A stretch of 14,322 nt of DNA, taken from positions 1-14,322 of the forward strand of contig NW_021825827.1 in assembly GCF_006345805.1 (NCBI RefSeq). The letters are read 5' to 3'. Below are positions 8,148 through 14,322 of the stretch, one piece after another. The position numbers and the translations under genes are program-made. The stretch is from Octopus sinensis (Eukaryota). Each line of letters begins with the position of its first letter. Position 1 is the first letter of the stretch. The notes beneath the pieces were generated by a model that was not told where the DNA came from, made no database searches, and saw only the letters and a list, made by a program, of their open reading frames with translations.

Positions 8148-8506
8148 CAGGAGTGGCTGTGTGGTAAAGTAGCTTGTTTACCAACCACATGGTTCTGGGT
8201 TCAGTCCCACTGCATGACACCTTGGGCAAGTGTCTTCTACTACAGCCTCGGGCCGACCAAAGCCTTGTGAGTGGATTTGGTAGACGGAAACTGAAAGAAG
8301 CCGGTCATATTATATGTATATATATATGTATGTGTGTTTGTGTGTCTGTGTTAGTCCCCCTAGCATTGCTTGACAACCGATGCTGGTGTGTTTATGTCCC
8401 CGTTACTTACAAAAAGAATAAGTCCCGGGGTTGAGTTGCTCAATTAAAGGCGGTGCTCCAGCATTGCCACAGTCAAATGACTGAAACAAGTAAAAGAGTA
8501 AAGAGT
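8148..8506 (+). mobile_element. tRNA-derived CORE-like SINE (family F) with internal microsatellite
   Basis: TGGCTGTGTGG, GGGTTCAGTCC, CCTTGGGCAAGTG. Colinear with 9776-10164 apart from a deletion of about 40 nt. Tail (GAGTAAAA)n. Confidence 0.92.
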
Positions 8507-8615
8507 ATACACATACATACGTATGTATGTATGTATAGAGCTAGGCTGATGCAAACAGGCAAAAGAGAGCTCAAAATATGAGTATATGTATATTCGTATT
8601 AATATTTAGCAGGAG

Positions 8616-8842
8616 TTGGCATGCCAGGCGAAATGCTTAGCGGTATTTTGTCTGTCTTTATGTTCTGAGTTCAAATGCTGCCAAGATCGACTTTGCCTCT
8701 TCATCCTGTCACGGTCGGTAAATTAAGTACCAGTTGTGTACTGAGGTCGATCTAATCGACTGACCCCCTCCCCCAAAATTTTGGGCCTTGTGCCTAGAGT
8801 AGAAAATAATATAAGGTGGCGAGATGACAGAAATGTTAGCAC
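8616..8842 (+). mobile_element. SINE family A unit (8616-8810) followed directly by the head of another unit (8812-8842) that runs into (CA)n
   Basis: Same motifs as 2895-3692. Confidence 0.88.
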
Positions 8843-9775
8843 ACACACACACACACACACAAACACATATATAGAATCACACTATGGATGACCAAATTAC
8901 AACACGTATATATCCCATTGTTTGTATTATAGTGCATTGTTGTACCATTCAAAACTTTTTTTCTTTACAAACAATTCACAATGCTTCAAGAGAACTACAA
9001 TACTCTCCTATATGTATATGTGTGTATACATATGCAAGTATGTACAATTTATGCACACAGGAGTAAGAGTATGCCTGCATTCACCAAAATAAGGTACACA
9101 TCTGTATTTATGCATTGTATATATATATATATATGCATTTGTTTGTATACATGAATGTATGTAGTCTTGCATACATATACACATACAAGTGTATACATAT
9201 ACGCACGTTATGAGTGAGGGTATGTTTATATTCACAAAAATGGTACATATTAATTTATGTATACACGTGTGTGTATAAATATATATATATATATAGTGAC
9301 ACCCTTCTTGTGTATGAGCAAAACCATTGCTAGAAAGAATTATTGATTACTATATTATTTAAAACTTAAAAGGTTTGGCAGTTTTACATATCCAGTTAGG
9401 GGATTTTGTTAATATAATTTGATAATCCACATTTCAAACTTACTTCTTTTTGAGATATATATATCTAAATAAAAAGGGGTTTGTATGATTGGGTATAGAG
9501 GGATATATATAATTCAAAGGAATTCCAACTCTGTTTTTTAATGTTTTACTTATATTCTTTATAATATTAATGTAGAATATAGAGTATATAGTATAAATAG
9601 TATAAATTGTAAAATGAAATGAAGTATTGATTGTCTTATTGAATAGATGAAATATTGGATATCAAATATTAAGAGACTAGTATACTTTCTTGCATTATAG
9701 CAGTCTTCAAGGTCCCAAGTTGTGACAGGAGTGTTTCAACACACACACATATATATATATGTATATGTGTGTAAT

Positions 9776-10164
9776 AGGCGCAGGAGTGGCTGTGTGGTAA
9801 GTAGCTTGCTAACCAACCACATGGTTCCAGGTTCAGTCCCACTGCGTGGCATCTTGGGCAAGTGTCTTCTGCTATAGCCCCGGGCCGACCAATGCCTTGT
9901 GAGTGGATTTGGTAGACGGAAACTGAAAGAAGCCTGTCGTATATATGTATATATATGTATGTGTCTGTGTTTGTCCCCCTAGCATTGCTTAACAACCGAT
10001 GGTGTGTTTACGTCCCCGTCACTTAGCGGTTCGGCAAAAGAGACCGATAGAATAAGTACTGGGCTTACAAAGAATAAGTCCCGGGGTTGAGTTGCTCGAC
10101 TAAAGGCGGTGCTCCAGCATGGCCGCAGTCAAATGACTGAAACAAGTAAATGAGTAAAGAGAGT
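9776..10164 (+). mobile_element. tRNA-derived CORE-like SINE (family F), near full length
   Basis: Same as 8148-8506, with the deleted segment retained. Confidence 0.93.
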
Positions 10165-10677
10165 GTGCATAAACATGTGTGTGCTTACACACACACACAC
10201 ACAATACAGTGAGGGTGGGTACAAGTATAAAATCATACCCAAGTACTAAGAGGTGTAGAAACATCTGTCAAATCTTTGTACATATTTTCCCATTCAATGA
10301 GCTTTAAACTAACCTCATCTTCAATATCTCCATCTTTCTTTTCTCTCTTCCCTTTACTCAAACAAAGCCATTTTCCATTGGGTATTTTGTTTTCAGTGGG
10401 TTTTTAGGGGCAGAAGTAGTTTTCTTTAGGAGAAGCACACAAGCAAGGATCAAATCTGGCTCCAACGTCTCAGTTTGGTATGGTGCCTGTTGTTGGATGT
10501 ACTTCGTAAAGCCAAGCCATCCACTCAACAGCTGTGCATTTTACATGGCCCCAGCACGACTGAAGGTGATTCGTGACTTGCAGGATTAAGGAATTCCCAT
10601 GACTGAAAGGTGTTGTGGCTTGAGGCAAAGGAATAATATAGAGAGAAGAACAGACTATAGTTAATATTTATAGAAGC

Positions 10678-11158
10678 TAAGGTGGTGATTGGGCAGAACT
10701 TAGAATTTAGTCCTTTGAATTTAACTATCTATTCTACATAAGAACTCACCGGACCAGATTACTAAACCTTTTAGTGATCTAATTCTCTGATAGATTTTGC
10801 CATCTTCTCCCTGTGTGCTCCAGTGCAAGAAGCAAAGCTCTGGCAAACTGACTTGTCCTTTGAGAGGACACAGTGCTCCCTCTGATTCCATCTCAGTACT
10901 ACACATGAATTTTTAAGAGTGCAAGCTAAACCTTTAGCATTCATGGCCACACTACATTGTCATGGCATGGTGGGGAAAATGCTAAACAGCATTTTATCTG
11001 TTTTTACATTCTGAGATCAAATTCTACTAAGGTCGACTGACTTTCATCCTTTTGGGGGTCAATAAAATAAGTACCAGTTGCATAATGGGGTTACTGTAAT
11101 CGACTAGACCTCTCCTCTGTACTTGCTGGCCTTGTGCCAAAATTTAGAACCAATTATT
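10678..11158 (+). mobile_element. SINE family A interrupted in its head by the 263-bp duplicated segment
   Basis: TAAGGTGGTGATTGGGCAGAACT (10678-10700) resumes as GGCATGGTGGGGAAAATGCT at 10964. Central domain and tail follow. Confidence 0.8.
10701..10963 (+). repeat. Second copy of 6812-7073
   Basis: Direct sequence identity. Confidence 0.97.
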
Positions 11159-11708
11159 GTAAAGGCTTTTGATTTTTAGTAAGGTCTCGAGAAGTTGTAG
11201 TATGAAGGGGGAAATATTTTTATCGCTAATATTTGTAATAAAGACGATAACGATTTCTATATTGACCACAAGGTACCCCCTCCACACAAAATATGATTTT
11301 TGTTTTGTTATTTAAAAACTGGCGGACAGAACATGGTGAGCTGGGTGTAAGTAGATATTTGGAAGAATTATGATACTGACAATGGTGAAGGTAGGTTTAT
11401 TGAATAAAAATGGAATAACACTGAATTCCAGTTTGTTCACACAAATTCTAGCTATGTTTATGATTACTGATAACAGACAATAAGGATATAGAAACATGGT
11501 CAGGATTATGAAGTCTATAGCAGGAATATAATAAATAGTAGTAGTAAACAAATAATATACAAATAATATATGATAATATACAAATACAATAAGATTCTAC
11601 CAATATTTATTTCTTTACAGGAGGGTTACACAATATTCATCAGAAAAAAAAAATTTTGCAACTGCTTTGCCTAGTCTTAGCTTCATCTACCTATTTATTT
11701 ATACTGTG

Positions 11709-11787
11709 AATATATATATGTATATATATATTTATATATATATGTATGTATTTATATATATATATGTATATACATATATATATATAT
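11709..11787. repeat. Imperfect (TA)n/(TATG)n microsatellite
   Basis: Direct reading. Similar tracts at about 1020-1052, 1292-1322, 9117-9135, 9279-9295 and 14063-14108. Confidence 0.9.
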
Positions 11788-12340
11788 GGAGAGAATGAGG
11801 AGAAATTTTTAAAATATCATGGCAGAAAAAAAAAAGAAATGAGAAAATGATATTAAATTAAATTAAATTAAATTAATAAATTAAAAAAAATAATATAACA
11901 ATAAACAAATAAAATTCATGTCAAATTTTTTCAATTAAAAAAATATTTATATTCATATATATTATGTATATATGATATATATATACATATACATAATATA
12001 CACTCACATATACATACATACATTATTTAAATTATTTCCAATTCTCATTGTAGCCCTCCCCTACAATCGAGAGATCAAAATGATTGTAACTTGTTTTATT
12101 TTTCAAGTAAATAAAATTCAAAATAAGCTCAATTGTAAAATTATTCCAGGTGTTGCTCTTTATTTATTATTCGTTGTTGTTGCTGTTGTTATTGCATTCT
12201 TCACTTTGTATATATTTTAATCTTATGTACAGGTATTTACAAATGAAAATATACCTGACAAAATTTCTTGCAAACCTTGTGCAAGATTTATCAACTCAAC
12301 AGAAGTTTCACAACAAATATTGCGTGCTTGAGTGCATGTA

Positions 12341-12911
12341 TTGGGTTGTCCGGAAAATTTGTGTTCGTTCCGATTTATAGTAGCTTACATTTCGACTTAT
12401 TTTAGAACATGGTTGAGTCCATAAAATAGGATTTCTCTACACCTCCATTAGAGCACAGTTTAAGCTATCTTTTCGTGGAAGAAGGTTTTGTTCCTATAAC
12501 CTGTGTTAATTCTGTAACCCTTTAAAATGGAAGATAAGACAGTTCATTTTCGGCACTTGATGCTTTGGGAACCAGACAAAACTTGCTGCAGCTCAGCTGG
12601 GATGTGTTACCCCACCCTCCATATTCACCAGATATTGCTCCTTCGGATTTCCACTTATTCAGGTCTCTGCAGAATAGTCTTAATGGTAAAAATTTCAATT
12701 CCTTGGATGACGTAAAAAGATACCATGATGAATTCTTTGCCATGAAACCACCTCAATTCTGGGAAGAGGGTATTTTCAAGTTAAAGGAAAGATGGAGACA
12801 CATTGTGCAACAAAATGGTCTCATATTTGGTTGATTAAAAATGTAATGGCAAGTATTTATTGACCTTTTTCTTTCCTTTAAAAATCGGCACAAACTTTCT
12901 GGACAACCCAA
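12341..12911 (+). mobile_element. Internally deleted mariner (Tc1/mariner) DNA transposon, 571 bp
   Basis: TA at 12339-12340 and 12912-12913. Left TIR TTGGGTTGTCCGGAAAATTTGTG and right TIR (reverse complement) TTGGGTTGTCCAGAAAGTTTGTG. Contains transposase fragments. Confidence 0.95.
12527..12838 (+). pseudogene. Mariner transposase remnant: first 15 codons joined out of frame to the C-terminal part
   Basis: MEDKTVHFRHLMLWE (12527-12571), then TRQNLLQLSWDVLPHPPYSPDIAPSDFHLFRSLQNSLNGK... containing the YSPD(L/I)APSD motif with the third catalytic Asp. A likely 1-nt insertion at about 12820 shifts the final SYLVD* (TAA at 12836-12838). Confidence 0.93.
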
Positions 12912-12913
12912 TA

Positions 12914-13160
12914 CTTTTATCAAAGCAGCAAAATTAAGACAAAAATTGTTTCACAGAGTTTCACGTTCCTGTTTGTTGGACAGTTGTTATGAAAACTCAC
13001 AACAAAAAACTTCATCACAACTGTCTGACAAACGGAAGTGAAATTCTGAATAACAGTTTTTGTGATAATTTTGCAGCTTTTATAAAAGCATATAACTCTA
13101 CCTTTGGTATTCGAGTACTATCTTTTCCAACTTATTTTACACTTATGTACTAACCTGTTT
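12914..13160. mobile_element. Short element with inverted arms (12914-12993 / 13011-13088), Penelope-like pseudo-LTR remnant
   Basis: The inverted repeat is seen directly. The right arm contains a hammerhead-like motif. The Penelope assignment is inference. Confidence 0.6.
13019..13058 (+). ncRNA. Decayed minimal type-I hammerhead ribozyme motif
   Basis: AACTGT CTGACAA ACGGAAGT GAA ATTCTGAAT A ACAGTT. Stem I is 6 bp, the core has G8 changed to A, stem II is damaged, stem III is self-complementary, triplet AUA. Confidence 0.6.
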
Positions 13161-13179
13161 GTGTATATAAATACATACA

Positions 13180-13378
13180 TAGGGGAGAGTTCACGAAAAA
13201 ATCAACAAAAGACGAAGACAGGTGGTGTACAAAACAAACAGATGTATTAGTATAACGTTCAGGAATTGAAATAGCCTTTTACGTTTCGAGCCTAAGCTCT
13301 TCTACAGAAAGGGACACAGAAGAAAACAAGGAGAGAAGAAAAAAATGTGTGTAGTGGCTACCGATCTATCATGGCGAC
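13180..13378 (-). mobile_element. Short Penelope-like element remnant
   Basis: Contains the hammerhead-like motif at 13276-13311. Boundaries are approximate, set by flanking microsatellite-like sequence. Confidence 0.5.
13276..13311 (-). ncRNA. Variant minimal hammerhead ribozyme motif
   Basis: Minus strand CTTT CTGTAGA A GAGC TTAG GCTC GAA ACGT A AAAG. All three stems are intact and the triplet is GUA, but the core reads CUGUAGA with an extra A. Confidence 0.6.
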
Positions 13379-13493
13379 ATGCATGTGTGTGTGTAATAAT
13401 AATAATAAGGATTACTATGAAGTAGCATAGCATTACCTTTAAATCCTTGTTATACATATTCCTCTGATATATGAAGTATACAGAGAAGAAAAA

Positions 13494-13619
13494 AATTGTA
13501 GGTGTAGACGATCTTTATTTCATAATCTAGGTTGGTAAAGATCCAATATAAATTTTACATTTTATATTGGATCTGTACCAACCTGGATTATGAATTAAAA
13601 ATCGTCTACACCTACAATT
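13494..13619. repeat. Inverted repeat, 59-bp arms, 8-nt loop
   Basis: 13494-13552 / 13561-13619, 55/59 matching. Confidence 0.95.
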
Positions 13620-13705
13620 ATATCAGCATGTGTATATATAAAAAAATTTTTCAGAGTGAGATAAAAATCTAAGACTGTGGAAGATTTTAGAACATTTATA
13701 AGTAG

Positions 13706-13754
13706 GTGTTACAGCTGTTTCCGGGATATTTTTTTATATCCCTTTATCAGAGAC
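13706..13754 (-). ncRNA. Decayed minimal type-I hammerhead motif
   Basis: Minus strand GTCT CTGATAA A GGGATAT AAAAAA ATATCCC G GAA ACAGCTGT A ACAC. Confidence 0.6.
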
Positions 13755-13803
13755 GGTGTGAGAAAATGATTAAGCAATACTTGCTTAACCATTTTCTCAC
13801 ATC

Positions 13804-13851
13804 ATCTCCAATGAAAGGATATATACAATATCCTGGAAACAGCTGTAAGGC
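13804..13851 (+). ncRNA. Decayed minimal type-I hammerhead motif
   Basis: ATCT CCAATGA A AGGATAT ATACA ATATCCT G GAA ACAGCTGT A AGGC. Confidence 0.55.
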
Positions 13852-14068
13852 CTATTTATAAATGTTCTAAAATCTTTCACAGTCTTGGATTTTTATCTTA
13901 GTCTGAAAAAATATTATATATACACATGCTGATATATGACCTGTGTTGGACTCCTCATTCATATAATCACTGAACCTGTAGCTTAGCTATAGTCTGTCCA
14001 TAGCACTTACTCAGCATTACCTGACACCTTTGGGTCTTATTGACACGAGTAGCCCTCAAACTATATAC

Positions 14069-14108
<40 letters not shown>

Positions 14109-14322
14109 CTTTAGGTAAATATATTCAATAAGAATATTATGTACTGAATTTCTAGAGTGCTCAATTGTAGGAAAATATTAATACTATTAAAGTATTTATA
14201 TATTTAATATGAGCGATATATACATATATTTTTTTAATAATGTCATTTTAATATAAGGAAATTAATATCCAAACTCATCTTAAAGATAAACCCGTGTGAA
14301 AATACTTATTGTATTAAAAATA

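Larger units (their letters stand above)
13619..13936. mobile_element. Fold-back element, arms of about 157 bp and a 3-nt loop, each arm with a hammerhead-like motif (Penelope-like tail-to-tail remnant)
   Basis: 13619-13777 / 13781-13936 are inverted, about 85% by eye. Confidence 0.75.

Noticed and set aside
6812-10963. LTR retrotransposon bounded by the 262-bp direct repeats
   Set aside because: No TG..CA ends, primer-binding site, polypurine tract, flanking target duplication or internal gag/pol remnants.
2895-11158. All family A SINEs lie on the + strand
   Set aside because: Only four independent loci, too few to claim orientation bias.
11312-11551. Hydrophobic 79-aa minus-strand ORF, and the other 60-110 aa ORFs in the track
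   Set aside because: They fall in microsatellites, SINEs or AT-rich sequence and show no protein-family features.
12320-12930. Mariner inserted into the left arm of the neighbouring inverted repeat
   Set aside because: Sequence left of the mariner does not convincingly continue the arm.

Overview
Repeat-rich, AT-rich eukaryotic (animal) genomic DNA. The SINE families and microsatellite load point to an octopus or other cephalopod; this is inferred from recognition, not from a search. Only one convincing host coding segment is present. It is a + strand exon at 1408-1582 behind a strong 3' splice site, encoding (S)ARKRPVPYHRP plus a short RS tail. This matches the second half of the eMIC (enhancer of microexons, SRRM_C) domain of the Srrm2/3/4 (Srrm234) splicing factor, so it is probably the exon that makes the neural microexon-activating isoform. 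The exon carrying the first half of eMIC lies upstream of the window. The rest is intron, 3' UTR or intergenic sequence. It holds at least four tRNA-derived SINE families (one forming a 4-unit head-to-tail array), an internally deleted mariner with intact TIRs and TA target duplication (12341-12911), a 262-bp local duplication whose second copy interrupts a SINE, and several long inverted repeats. A cluster at 12.9-13.9 kb carries decayed or variant minimal type-I hammerhead ribozyme motifs of the Penelope-like-element kind. Apart from the two transposase fragments, the other ORFs in the track look spurious.
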